Virus record (IMG/VR): IMGVR_UViG_3300021960_000027
Location: 1 to 64,000 of that record
Length of the DNA stretch: 64,000 nt
Source: a virus
Reading direction: 5' to 3' (one strand)
Below the pieces are notes generated by a model. The model saw only the letters and a program-made list of their open reading frames with translations. It was not told the DNA's origin and made no database searches. Within the stretch, counting starts at the first letter, position 1, and every line of letters starts with the position of its first letter. A program made the translations under genes and the position numbers. This document shows, in pieces, positions 25,499 to 35,933 of the stretch.

Positions 25499-26959
25499 GT
25501 GAGCGATTTGATTTACAACCCACCCGGTGTTTATGTCAACGAAGACAGTCTTTCTGTACCCAATATTGGTGCGGTAGTCGCCCTTCCCGCGAGTCGGTTG
25601 GCGATTGTCGGACCGGCGTTTGGTTATCAGACTGCAACAGAGGCGATTGCACTAACAGGAACAGACGCAGTTACCCTACAAAACCTTGGCATTGATGCTA
25701 CTTCTATCACTGTCACATCACTCAGTGGAACGTCGTACGTTGCAAGTGGTGTAGATGAAGAAGATACTCCATTTACCAACTGGATTGCGACTCAAACACC
25801 AACCGAGGGTGGCTCAGAGGCTACAACCACTATTGAACGAGCCAGTTCAAGTGTCATTGTCTCTGGTGAAACCGTTTACGTTTCTTACCGATACACCGAT
25901 TCATCGTACTATCTTCCATTCCTTTCATCTGACTATGACGAGATTCAATCTCGTTTTGGTTCAGCGTTTAATGTTTCTACTGGTGCAATTTCATCTCCGC
26001 TTACCCTTGCCGCGAAGATCGCAATGGAGCAAGGTTTGAGAGAGGTTGTTCTTGTTCCGACTGCTGGAACGGGCGTTACGTCGGTTTCTCGTACCAATTT
26101 GAGTGATGCCTATGAACATTTGGAGGCTCGCTCAGACATTGGTGTTGTTGTTCCAATGCCAGTTGGTATTGAGGGCACGGATTTGGTTGAAGGAGAAACA
26201 GTCAATATTGGTGATGACCTTGCTTCACATGTGACTAACGCCTCAGCGGATGGCAATTATCGGATTGGCGTTCTTGGTCTGGCAAAGGGAGCAGATCGAA
26301 GCCACGATGTTCTTGCTGGAGACATTGCATCAAGCCGAGTCATTCTTGCGTTCCCGAATGCGTTGACATACTACAACGGATACCTGAACACAACGATTGA
26401 TTTGGATGGTTTCTACCTTGCGGTTGCAATGGGGGCAATGATTGCTTCTCGTAACCCACAGGAGCCTCTGACTCGTAAATCTATTCGTTCATTCACTGCT
26501 ATTCCGTCACGGATTCTTTCAACGATGACTCCGACATTCAAGAATAATCTTTCGGAAAACGGTGTTGCAGTAGCAGAGCAAACGTATGACTCACGAATTG
26601 TTGTTCGTCACGGCGTTGCGACCGATACGACAAGCGTGTTTACACGGGAAGTTTCCATTACCAGAGCAAAAGACACGATGATTCGTTTGATTAATCGTTC
26701 GATTGAGAACTCTGGATTGATTGGCTCTGCTACAAGCGCAGAAACTCCGCTTCGTGTTCGTTCACTTGTTGAGGGCGTTCTTGAGCAGGCGACAAGCACC
26801 GACATGATTGTCGATTACAGCAACTTGAGTGTCCGTACCAGCCCGTCAGACAACACTGCAATCCAAGTTAAGTTTGCTTACCGTCCTGCATACCCGTTGA
26901 ATTTTGTCAACGTTTCATTCTCTATCAACACTCTGACCGGAAATACCGCGGAGGTCTAA
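25499..26959 (+). CDS. tail sheath protein
   Basis: Y.PPGVYV N-terminus, VRHGVAT, PAYPLNFV.V.F C-terminus. Confidence 0.9.
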   Translation: MSDLIYNPPGVYVNEDSLSVPNIGAVVALPASRLAIVGPAFGYQTATEAIALTGTDAVTLQNLGIDATSITVTSLSGTSYVASGVDEEDTPFTNWIATQTPTEGGSEATTTIERASSSVIVSGETVYVSYRYTDSSYYLPFLSSDYDEIQSRFGSAFNVSTGAISSPLTLAAKIAMEQGLREVVLVPTAGTGVTSVSRTNLSDAYEHLEARSDIGVVVPMPVGIEGTDLVEGETVNIGDDLASHVTNASADGNYRIGVLGLAKGADRSHDVLAGDIASSRVILAFPNALTYYNGYLNTTIDLDGFYLAVAMGAMIASRNPQEPLTRKSIRSFTAIPSRILSTMTPTFKNNLSENGVAVAEQTYDSRIVVRHGVATDTTSVFTREVSITRAKDTMIRLINRSIENSGLIGSATSAETPLRVRSLVEGVLEQATSTDMIVDYSNLSVRTSPSDNTAIQVKFAYRPAYPLNFVNVSFSINTLTGNTAEV

Positions 26960-26962
26960 TTC

Positions 26963-27463
26963 ATGCCACAGTCAAGCATTCGCGTTGTTGGTTCAACCTT
27001 CACCACACTTCGGTGGAGGGGTTCCGCTATCGCATACCTAGAAGCATTTACTGACAGTGGGGTGTCGCCTATTGCTAACCCACAGGCTATTCAGCCGTTG
27101 GATTCGTTGCATCCAACCGAGTTTGTTACCCCCCGTGCATTGAACGGTGGAACACTTTCTTTTACCATCCGTGAGTTGTGGGACAAACCTGTCTGGCAAC
27201 ATTTCAGTGGATTGGCAAATGCGAACAACATCGTTGATATTTGGACAGCAATCGCTGATCTTGCTGATCCAATTACATGTCAAACAATTATTAAGCCACC
27301 TACCGGCAACGTTTGGCGAACCAAGACATACCACAATGTTATAGTTTCTGACATCGATGATTCAGAGTCTGTTTCTATCGGTGCGCTTTCTGTTTCCCGT
27401 CAGGTGACCGCACAATACACACACGCCACTCGCGGAACACTGACCCCAAGCGAAACACAGTAA
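26963..27463 (+). CDS. tail tube protein
   Basis: 166 aa after the sheath; IQPLD..HP.E, ELW..PVW. Confidence 0.8.
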   Translation: MPQSSIRVVGSTFTTLRWRGSAIAYLEAFTDSGVSPIANPQAIQPLDSLHPTEFVTPRALNGGTLSFTIRELWDKPVWQHFSGLANANNIVDIWTAIADLADPITCQTIIKPPTGNVWRTKTYHNVIVSDIDDSESVSIGALSVSRQVTAQYTHATRGTLTPSETQ

Positions 27464-27519
27464 TAATCTGAGACTTACGCAAAGCGTTTAGTCAATGAGA
27501 ACCAGCCACAAACCAGCAA

Positions 27520-28095
27520 GTGAATCAGCCAATGGATAACGAAGACAAACTTATTGAACAGCCAACCCCGTTTATTGAAGACGATTTAGCAGAAGCAGTA
27601 AGTGAGGAAGAGTACCCTCCTTTTGCAGACGATGGATCGCCCGCTCATATTCAGGAGCAACCAGTCCAAGAAATGCCTAAGTCCTTTGACGAAAAGCACA
27701 AACTTGACTTTGAGGGGCTTCTTTACATCGGTTATCTAACTCACGAATTCGTTTGGATGGGTCACCGATTTAAAATTAGGACGATCACAACAAATGAATA
27801 TCTTGAAGTGGCACTTCTCCACAAACGCTTCAAGGATTCGATTGGAGACGTTCGGGCATACACCGCGGCTGTTGTTTCGGCTTGCATTGAGACGGTAGAT
27901 GGAAAAACCCTTCCCCTTCCTCTTGACCGGCGTTCGGTTGAGTCTTCCGTCGAATATGCATTTCGCTACATCATCGATCACTGGTATCCGTGGGTTATTG
28001 ATGCGGTTTACGAGCAGTTCAGGAGTCTTGAGGGGCGCGTAGAGTCCGTGATGGAAGAAATGGGAAAAGGGGTTTCCGATTCGGACGCTTTATAG
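27520..28095 (+). CDS. tail assembly chaperone (short form)
   Basis: between tube and tape measure; ends ...MGK at a slippery site. Confidence 0.8.
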   Translation: MNQPMDNEDKLIEQPTPFIEDDLAEAVSEEEYPPFADDGSPAHIQEQPVQEMPKSFDEKHKLDFEGLLYIGYLTHEFVWMGHRFKIRTITTNEYLEVALLHKRFKDSIGDVRAYTAAVVSACIETVDGKTLPLPLDRRSVESSVEYAFRYIIDHWYPWVIDAVYEQFRSLEGRVESVMEEMGKGVSDSDAL

Positions 28096-28481
28096 ACGGT
28101 TACGTTGAACGGTGTGTTCGGTCGGCAAACAAGAGGGGAATCTTAAACCAGAAAAATTTATCGCTCTTACAAAAGGAATGCTTGGACATCATGCTGTTCT
28201 TGGAATCAAAAGAGAAAGAAGATGCAAAGTATGAGCAATTCCGTCTTGCAATGCTTTCTGGGGCACCTCAATACGCAAATAAATTTTTCCCTGAATATTT
28301 CCCAGAGCAGGTCGAAGAGGCTGTTTCTGAAGAAGAAATTGATAATGCATTAAATCAAAGTTCTGGCACCACCCGCTTCCAAGAAATGGATAGCGCAGAT
28401 GCTGAAGAAATTATCAAAATGCTAGGGGCATCTGTAAAAATGAGCCTTGATGATCTATCTGAAGTAGACGAAAATGGCTGA
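28062..28481 (+). CDS. tail assembly chaperone, -1 frameshift extension
   Basis: G GGA AAA at 28062-28068; the -1 frame is open without stops through to 28481. Confidence 0.8.
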   Translation, partial: GKRGFRFGRFIDGYVERCVRSANKRGILNQKNLSLLQKECLDIMLFLESKEKEDAKYEQFRLAMLSGAPQYANKFFPEYFPEQVEEAVSEEEIDNALNQSSGTTRFQEMDSADAEEIIKMLGASVKMSLDDLSEVDENG

Positions 28482-31053
28482 TCGCATTCCACCAATATCT
28501 TCTGCTCGTCCAGATACATCGGTGGGTATGGCTGGAACCCCGTTTGCTCCACCAGTTTCAGAAATTAGCACCGCTATCGCGGCGGGTTTCTCATCTGTCA
28601 TACATGACATGAGGGCAATGCACGCTGAAATGGTCAACATGAGCAGGACGATTGCTCAAAATGCAGATATCTCTGCTCGCAGGTATTCGACGGCATCTGC
28701 CATTCCAGATGGTCAGGGTGGCCTTTCTTCGCCCTCTGGAATGTCTCAAGAAGGCGCGGCGTACAGTGCAGGTCGTGCCCGTGCGGTAGCAACTGTTGCA
28801 GGGAGCCTCCCTATTGCCCCTCCTGTGGACAATGTTAGTAGGGATGCAAATGCTTTTTCCGATGCGTACGCCCGTGCAAGCAGTGGGGGAGTATTGCAAG
28901 ATGCCCGTGCGGGATTGGCTAATCGAATTGCGGAAAGGGCGCAGAACTGGGCGGGTCCGCAACCAATTCAAGACCCTCGCGATCCAAATGTTTTTTATCG
29001 TTTTGATCCAAACGTGTCGTGGAACGAAGCGGCTGGCCGTTGGCAAAACAGGGTAACCAAGCAATTTGTATCTCAATCAAGCATGGACGCAACAAGAATT
29101 GTCCAAACGCCGGGATTTAAGCAGTTGCCAAATGGCAGTTGGCAGAATATTGCAACTGGAAAGTTTGCGAGTATTTCTGAGGTAAAAGCCGCGGCAACTG
29201 GTTTGGACGAAATGGCGAGGATTGCAAGTCGTCAAAGGACTGCTGGTGCAATTAGTTCTGCTACAAATGCCTTTGCATCTGGTCAACCGCTTGGAAAGTC
29301 CTTGCTCGCGGCTCTCCCAGCAGAAAGCGCGGCAACAGTTGGTCGGGTAGCGGGAACTGCCGCGGCTGTGTACGGGATGTACCGTCAGGGCGCGGCAAAG
29401 TCACAAGAATTGTACGCAAAAGGTCAGGCGATATCGCAGTACACAGGCGGTTCTGCTTTTGAGGGCTACAAGGAAAGTTTGCGGGATGACTTCCGCTCAT
29501 ACCTTGCAGGATTTAACCTTTTTGGTCCGGGTGCGGGCGACATGAGGGCGTTACTGGGTCAAGCCAATCAGTTGGGCATGCGAGGTCAACGAAAAGACGA
29601 GTTTGTTAGTTACGGCATGGACATGATGGGCGACCTAAAGATGGGTAGCCAAGAAGTGACAAGAATTATGTCGGCAGTCATTCTGGCTGGAGATAGTTTG
29701 GGCGGGCTTTCTCAAAACCTTCAGCAACTTAATGTCGCGGCGAGAGAAGCGGGACGTTCAACGCTACAGGCAAGAGATGATTTCTTAAAGGTTTACAACT
29801 CGTATCAAACCGGAGTTCTGGCTGGTTCTGAAGGGGCAAAGGGAATTGCGTCAAGCCTTGTTTCGGAGTCACTTGGACTTGGAGAAGGGTCTGCTCAAAT
29901 TGGACTTTCAGCAACTACTGCATCTATTCAGGCGGTTGCTGGTCGATCTGGCTCCACCTATGCAGAAATAGCAACTGGGCTAAGAGGAACTGGAACTGCT
30001 CAGGCAAATGCGGTTTCTCAGTTTTACGCGTCTGCTAAACAACTTCTTGATAATCACACTGGAACTTCTGGAATATCCTTTGGTCAGTTTGCACGGCAAT
30101 GGCTAAGGGATTGGTCAGAAAACCATAAAAGAGACGCTGATTACGATGAGAATAATCCTTTTGGCAAAGTATTTACTGAACAAGTATTTAGAAATCAGGC
30201 TATTGATGCCGCGCTAAATGCCGGATTCAGAATTGAAATTATAACCCGAATCATGCAATCCGCAGGATTCACTACAGACCAGCCCAATGATGCAACAATG
30301 TTTGTGGTTGCAATTAATGTTTACTCGGATGAAATTGCAGGAGAACTAGGCGCAACATCTTCTACTGCGACTGCTGGCTCAACATTGGGACAATCTGCCG
30401 CGGCACAGCAACAGCGAATTGCCCCAACGGAAACTTCTGCAAGTGGTGGAATAGAAACATTTGGAAATTACAACGAGGCTGGCGGTCGCGCACTTGATTA
30501 TGCAATCGCCCAATACGCGAACTATGGAACCGGCAATTTTGATCCTCTAGTAAATTATCTTGGAAGTCAGGGCATCGTTCCTGAGGGGACAAATCGTGAG
30601 GACGTTGTTTCTGCTTTGCAATCGGGAACGGGCAGTAGGAGTTTCATCTTTGAGCAACTTATGACCGACGTTGGATTGTCTAGTGGTGAATTGAAGGGGA
30701 ATCTTGATGATCGGATGGTTGATTACGGGGAAGAGGGTTTTGCCGGTCTAAAGGTTGAAGTGGGCGGTCAAGAGTACACGATTGGTGAGGCCGCGATGAA
30801 CAGTGATGTTATCGCGGCTATCCAGCGTGGAGAAGGCACAATAAAAACCGGAGATCAGGCAAGTAGAACCATCAGTGAACTGTATGGAATGCCAGAGGGT
30901 GGGTATCCAAATGCTTCTGGCTCAACCGTTCAAATAAGGCTTACTCCGTGGGCAGAACGCTTTTTTGAAATTGACTCTTCATTGGTTACAACTAACTCCC
31001 CAGTTTCTTGGGATGGAAACGCCAATACGACGGCGGGGGCTAATACACGATGA
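28474..31053 (+). CDS. tape measure protein
   Basis: 859 aa, Ala/Gly-rich helical; follows the chaperone. Confidence 0.8.
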   Translation: MADRIPPISSARPDTSVGMAGTPFAPPVSEISTAIAAGFSSVIHDMRAMHAEMVNMSRTIAQNADISARRYSTASAIPDGQGGLSSPSGMSQEGAAYSAGRARAVATVAGSLPIAPPVDNVSRDANAFSDAYARASSGGVLQDARAGLANRIAERAQNWAGPQPIQDPRDPNVFYRFDPNVSWNEAAGRWQNRVTKQFVSQSSMDATRIVQTPGFKQLPNGSWQNIATGKFASISEVKAAATGLDEMARIASRQRTAGAISSATNAFASGQPLGKSLLAALPAESAATVGRVAGTAAAVYGMYRQGAAKSQELYAKGQAISQYTGGSAFEGYKESLRDDFRSYLAGFNLFGPGAGDMRALLGQANQLGMRGQRKDEFVSYGMDMMGDLKMGSQEVTRIMSAVILAGDSLGGLSQNLQQLNVAAREAGRSTLQARDDFLKVYNSYQTGVLAGSEGAKGIASSLVSESLGLGEGSAQIGLSATTASIQAVAGRSGSTYAEIATGLRGTGTAQANAVSQFYASAKQLLDNHTGTSGISFGQFARQWLRDWSENHKRDADYDENNPFGKVFTEQVFRNQAIDAALNAGFRIEIITRIMQSAGFTTDQPNDATMFVVAINVYSDEIAGELGATSSTATAGSTLGQSAAAQQQRIAPTETSASGGIETFGNYNEAGGRALDYAIAQYANYGTGNFDPLVNYLGSQGIVPEGTNREDVVSALQSGTGSRSFIFEQLMTDVGLSSGELKGNLDDRMVDYGEEGFAGLKVEVGGQEYTIGEAAMNSDVIAAIQRGEGTIKTGDQASRTISELYGMPEGGYPNASGSTVQIRLTPWAERFFEIDSSLVTTNSPVSWDGNANTTAGANTR

Positions 31054-31571
31054 GCGCAAGTATTGCAGGAATTCCCTTTGACATAGACCCGACTTCAATT
31101 TCTTGGGATTTTAAAATAAAAATGAATTCAGAGAAAACACTGGGTGGGAAAGTCATCCAGATATTTGGGTCTTCGTTAGGTGACCTTACCATCTCTGGTC
31201 AATCTCGTAGCCAAAAGGAACACCTTGCTTTCTTTAAAGCAATGAAGGGCTTGGTCAACAACCAAGTTCCCTCAGCAACTAATGAACTACCTGCTCCTGT
31301 TCAGTTTTTGTGGACAAGCAGAGGGTGGGATTTTTTTGTGTACATCAAATCTCTGACTCAGGATGGGGCTTCAACTTCGTACAAAGCGACCAATAAAGAT
31401 TTTGCCCCAAAATGGACTATGACTATGTTTATTGATCGTGACAACGGGGATGTCACTCGCCTAGCCGCGGAAAATGCGAAGTCAGTTTACATCAACCGCA
31501 TAAGTCAGGGTTTGGGCTGGTCGCAAACAGATTGGAACGGACCGCTTGGGAATTACGCAGATGACGAATAA
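31050..31571 (+). CDS. tail tube initiator / baseplate protein
   Basis: DP.SISW..., TLGGKVIQI. Confidence 0.65.
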   Translation: MSASIAGIPFDIDPTSISWDFKIKMNSEKTLGGKVIQIFGSSLGDLTISGQSRSQKEHLAFFKAMKGLVNNQVPSATNELPAPVQFLWTSRGWDFFVYIKSLTQDGASTSYKATNKDFAPKWTMTMFIDRDNGDVTRLAAENAKSVYINRISQGLGWSQTDWNGPLGNYADDE

Positions 31572-31764
31572 TCGGAGAATGGTTAGAAAAGATTGGGGAG
31601 CAAACACCCGCATATCTCTTCCTGTTGCTCCAGCCGAAAGAAGAGTTGTCAAATTAGGTGCAGGTTTTGCATTTTCAGAAAACGGTTTAGTTTTTGATGT
31701 CTCAGAATCTGAAGTTGAAGAAATGTCTATCCCACCGTTCTCTCCTGACGGCGAGGCTTTCTGA
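31561..31764 (+). CDS. hypothetical tail-region protein
   Basis: overlaps both neighbours. Confidence 0.5.
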   Translation: MTNNRRMVRKDWGANTRISLPVAPAERRVVKLGAGFAFSENGLVFDVSESEVEEMSIPPFSPDGEAF

Positions 31765-32369
31765 TGGCAATCGGTAACCCAAAGCACAATGCCACTCTGA
31801 AATGGAAAGGGAAAGAAACCTTTAATCTTGTTGTGACCGAACTGGGTCACGGCATGAATTTTATTTCTTCCGAATCAGAGGCTAGAGCAAAGAAATCTTT
31901 TTACCCAAAGGTTAGAACTTCGGGTGAGTGGTACGTTGTGTGCCAGTTTTACTCTTACAAAAAATTAAATCAGGACGGGGAGACGTACACAACCCTTTCT
32001 GGCTACGAGGCGTACAGAGAGTTCATTGATTGGATGGCTTTGTACATGAGTGCCATTACTGAGCCTGCCTACTCTTCTCCTTCAGCACTAGAACTAGATG
32101 TTCCATCTCAAAATTTTAAGAAAAGTGGTTTTCCTAAATTCGCAGTCGATTACGGTGATTCGTTTGGGAAGTTTATTTACACATGTCGTGTAGCACTTTC
32201 ATCTGCCTCAGACCCAATCAATCCGTATCTTGAAGCATCTAAATACGTTGCTCCCAAGAACGATGTTCAGGCAAAGTATTTTTATCCTGCTGGAACGCAA
32301 AGCGGAACCATAGTTTATGACCCAACTGTTCCCTACTATCCGTGGGACTGGGGAATCGGACCGCAATAA
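31764..32369 (+). CDS. baseplate / tail protein
   Basis: coupled ORF in the tail operon. Confidence 0.55.
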   Translation: MAIGNPKHNATLKWKGKETFNLVVTELGHGMNFISSESEARAKKSFYPKVRTSGEWYVVCQFYSYKKLNQDGETYTTLSGYEAYREFIDWMALYMSAITEPAYSSPSALELDVPSQNFKKSGFPKFAVDYGDSFGKFIYTCRVALSSASDPINPYLEASKYVAPKNDVQAKYFYPAGTQSGTIVYDPTVPYYPWDWGIGPQ

Positions 32370-34909
32370 TGGCAGACCTAATTTATACCCCCGGAATTAG
32401 TGTCATTATTGATAGTGCTTATTACGGCATTATTGATGTCTCTGACGACATTGTGGATGCAAATTTAAGCCTGAACGAGAATAGACCACACTCATTTAGG
32501 GTAACGCTCTCCAATACTCGTAGGAAATACGACTCTTCTTTTGCCCCCGGCGACAGAATTTCTGTCAGGATGAAAAGGGTTCAATGGGTTCAGGTGTTTA
32601 GCGGATATCTGACTGTAACACCATACTTCAGTGCATTTCCTAAGCCCGTCACTCTTGAAGCAGAATGCACTCTCAGAAATTTAAAAAACTTTTTGTGGGA
32701 TTCTGCTTCCGTAAAATCGATGGATTTTATTAATCAGATAATTAATGAAGACCCTCAAAATGAAGCAAATATTCCAAAAGTTGTTAAGGAGTTGATGCAC
32801 AGAGTTGCAGGTTGGAAAAGGGATAAAACCCATATTGGAAAGATTCCAGAAGACTGGGCAAAGAAGTTTGACCGGATTTATGCTTCTTTGGCAGAAGCGG
32901 CAGATGCTCGCGGAGCCTCACGATCTATTGGAACTGGAGGCGACATTGGCGACACAACCGCAGGCAATGTCCCATCGCTATTCACAGATAACGCAATCCT
33001 AAATGACAATCTTGTTTGGTCGAACAGCGACATGGACATTGTGCTGTCAACGATCAGATACTTGGAATCTAGGGGTGATTACACGGCACAGGCTCGTTCT
33101 GCCTCTGCATCTGGTGCCTATCAATTTGTTGACTCAACGTGGAACAACTACGGTGGGTATGTTCACGCTAAAGATGCGCCACCTTCTGTTCAAGACGAAA
33201 AGGCTCGCCAACACATCTTAGACATCGTTGAACAGCGAGGATGGACACTGTTAGCCATACCTTACACTTGGTATTATCCCGCTGTTTTTCGTGATGCCAG
33301 TTGGCTGGACAAGGTTCCGTATCCAGAAGGTAACTCTCTTACTGTTCGTGAATATGGCGCACGATGGATTGAACAGTACAAAAAGGAATACAAAGAAGCG
33401 ACTGGCAGGAATGTCACTCCCCCCGTAGGTGAAACTGGACCGAACTTTAACCGTGGTAGGGGAGGAAGTACAAATCGGGCGAGCAGTAGTGGCACTGTAA
33501 ATACGGTAAGTACCGCAAGGGGGGTTCTTTATCCTATTCCTGAAGGAGTAACGCGACTCACTAACGCAACCTCTTCTTGGGGAGGTTTTTCAAACGGCAA
33601 AATTCCGTCCAGCGCATTGAGATATTCTTCTTCTGGAGCGTACGACTCTGGTGCATTTCAGGTCGCTGGTGAAGCGTATGAGTTAATGTATGAGGCCGCG
33701 CTAGCACAGGGCTTAGACATTCAGGCATCTTGTTATAGGTCATTTGAAAACCAGCAGAAACTTTACGATGTCAATCCAGACTTTTCTGCTACGCCGGGAA
33801 CCTCAAACCACGGATGGGGGCTGGCGTTTGACATTGGAGAACTTGTTTCCCGTTACAGCACAAAGTACAACGGGTATGACAAGGCACAGATGTTCCAGAC
33901 CCCCGAGTATCTTTGGCTAAAACAAAATGCATACAAATATGGGTTTGGTCATCCAACTTGGGCGCAAGAGGGTGGTAGTCGACCAGAGCCTTGGCACTGG
34001 GAGTTCTTTGCGTTTTCAAATTACAGAAACGGTGATCCCCCAGAGGGAACTGCCGGTGTAAATCCATTTACTGGTTTAACCGACGAGTTTTTTGGGACAG
34101 CGTCTGGAAGTGCTTATGACGCGCTACAGAATTTTTTCTACTTGCAAGGGGAGGCCGAGCAAGAACAGGCTGAACTACTGAGCGGTCCACTTGCCCTTGC
34201 AAACGATGAACCCCTTCTTTCAATCATTGAAAGGTTTTTAAAAGCAAGCGGAAGAAATTTCTGTAGTGCCCCAAACGGAGACTTCATCGCTTGGTTCCCC
34301 GACTACTTTTTTGAGTACGGTGTTTCTGGAGCGATGGACGTTCAATTAATTGAATTAATGGACTTTACTGTTTCTTGGTCTGACGACACCCTTATTACCC
34401 ACCAGTATGTGACTGGAGTTTTGCTAAACAGCGATATTGGGAACACGCCATCTGGGAGTGTGTACAAGTCTCTTTTAGACACACACGGTGTTGTCACTAT
34501 TGATACCGCAGGAATGCTTACCGCGATTATCGGTGACTTAAGTGGAAGCAACTTCCCGTGGATGTCGAACCCAGAAGAAATTTTGGCTCGCTTTGGTGCG
34601 CGTGTGAGCAATGAAAAAATTGGAACTATTGTCGGCGGTGAACAAGAGTTTTGGTATGCCGTCAACAAATTCCAACGGGCGTGGGCGGGTCAATTTACAT
34701 GCTCTGCTCCAACAACATTTATGCCAGAACTTTTCCCCGGCATGGCGTTGAGAATCCCAGAACTTGGTGTTCAGTTTTACATCTCAAGCGTTTCCCACAG
34801 CATTGACATGAACGGCGGGTTCAGAACGAATGCGACACTGATGGCTCCAAGTCGGATTGGGGAAGGTGGCATTTTTATGTTGCCGAAAGGGGGTTCTTCT
34901 GATGGCTAG
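32369..34909 (+). CDS. baseplate hub with lysozyme-like and M15 peptidase domains
   Basis: ES.GDY.A...SASGAYQF..STW; YRS...TSNHGWGLAFD...EPWHWE; FMPELFPGM. Confidence 0.85.
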   Translation: MADLIYTPGISVIIDSAYYGIIDVSDDIVDANLSLNENRPHSFRVTLSNTRRKYDSSFAPGDRISVRMKRVQWVQVFSGYLTVTPYFSAFPKPVTLEAECTLRNLKNFLWDSASVKSMDFINQIINEDPQNEANIPKVVKELMHRVAGWKRDKTHIGKIPEDWAKKFDRIYASLAEAADARGASRSIGTGGDIGDTTAGNVPSLFTDNAILNDNLVWSNSDMDIVLSTIRYLESRGDYTAQARSASASGAYQFVDSTWNNYGGYVHAKDAPPSVQDEKARQHILDIVEQRGWTLLAIPYTWYYPAVFRDASWLDKVPYPEGNSLTVREYGARWIEQYKKEYKEATGRNVTPPVGETGPNFNRGRGGSTNRASSSGTVNTVSTARGVLYPIPEGVTRLTNATSSWGGFSNGKIPSSALRYSSSGAYDSGAFQVAGEAYELMYEAALAQGLDIQASCYRSFENQQKLYDVNPDFSATPGTSNHGWGLAFDIGELVSRYSTKYNGYDKAQMFQTPEYLWLKQNAYKYGFGHPTWAQEGGSRPEPWHWEFFAFSNYRNGDPPEGTAGVNPFTGLTDEFFGTASGSAYDALQNFFYLQGEAEQEQAELLSGPLALANDEPLLSIIERFLKASGRNFCSAPNGDFIAWFPDYFFEYGVSGAMDVQLIELMDFTVSWSDDTLITHQYVTGVLLNSDIGNTPSGSVYKSLLDTHGVVTIDTAGMLTAIIGDLSGSNFPWMSNPEEILARFGARVSNEKIGTIVGGEQEFWYAVNKFQRAWAGQFTCSAPTTFMPELFPGMALRIPELGVQFYISSVSHSIDMNGGFRTNATLMAPSRIGEGGIFMLPKGGSSDG

Positions 34910-35489
34910 GCGATTTCAAAATTCATCCCAACCACTATCTCCGTCAATGGCAAGTTCAAAAATCGTTTTTGTTTCTTCAGTCGACCGTGGGTCTTATCTG
35001 GAAAAGAAAAATCGGGTTTCAGTTATCGATGTTGCATCTGGAGCAACGTTAATTGTTCCCCTCAGTCGTTCATCAAGGTTTTTCCCACGGGAGGGTGAGG
35101 TTTGGCTAATTGAGCGGTCAGAAGGAGGATGGCGATTTAATTCGATGGTTGGTGATCGAAGAAATCCAGTTGTTTCTAATTGGCTTCAGACTGGAGATTT
35201 TTTAGAAGAGTCAGGATTGTTGACTCATTCAATATTTGCGGGAAACTCTTCGTTTAACCATCCGCAGTCTAAGTCTGGTGGTTACATCGGAGAGATTAGA
35301 ACTATTTCTTACACAGTTTCTTTACCCCCCGATGGGTGGCTTCTGTGTAATGGTGCCACCTACTACAAGTGGTGGTATCCAGTTTTGTATTCGGTTATCA
35401 ACAACTATTACGGGGTTTCAACCGACGCGACATTTAGCGTTCCGTCCTTTGGTAGTTCAACTGTCAAGTACATCATTTGTGCTTATTAA
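34902..35489 (+). CDS. baseplate spike-like protein with tail-collar domain
   Basis: P.EGEVW; IGEI...PPDGWLLCNG..Y..LYSVI...F.VP. Confidence 0.7.
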   Translation: MARRFQNSSQPLSPSMASSKIVFVSSVDRGSYLEKKNRVSVIDVASGATLIVPLSRSSRFFPREGEVWLIERSEGGWRFNSMVGDRRNPVVSNWLQTGDFLEESGLLTHSIFAGNSSFNHPQSKSGGYIGEIRTISYTVSLPPDGWLLCNGATYYKWWYPVLYSVINNYYGVSTDATFSVPSFGSSTVKYIICAY

Positions 35490-35497
35490 GGAGAGAG

Positions 35498-35932
35498 ATG
35501 AAGACGTTTGCTCTTGAATCCGGTGACCTAGTTGTATCTAACGGTTCTTATATGACTGTCTCTGGCGCGCAACGAATGCAACAGCAAATCGGACTCTCTC
35601 TGATGGAGCCGACCGGCATAGATCGATTTCACCCTCAGTGGGGTTCGATTCTTGACCAACTCATTGGTACTTCTATGACATCTGACATTACAGAGCGAGT
35701 AAAAACTGAAGTTTACCGAGTCATAAAAAACATTGCCGCGCTTCAAAACTCGGCAATCCAGCGAAGTGCAACTGTTGGGTCAAAGCCACAAGTAACTCCT
35801 GATGAACTCATCACTGGGGTTACTGGGGTTTCTGTCGAACAAGTCCGTGACGCAATCAACGTAAAAATTTCTCTTTCAACTGCTGGACGAGAAACCGTAA
35901 CTGTCAATACTTCTATTGACGGAGGAATCTGA
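35498..35932 (+). CDS. baseplate wedge protein (gp25-like)
   Basis: GDLV, EP.G.DRFHP.WGS.L..LIG. Confidence 0.8.
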   Translation: MKTFALESGDLVVSNGSYMTVSGAQRMQQQIGLSLMEPTGIDRFHPQWGSILDQLIGTSMTSDITERVKTEVYRVIKNIAALQNSAIQRSATVGSKPQVTPDELITGVTGVSVEQVRDAINVKISLSTAGRETVTVNTSIDGGI

Positions 35933-35933
35933 A

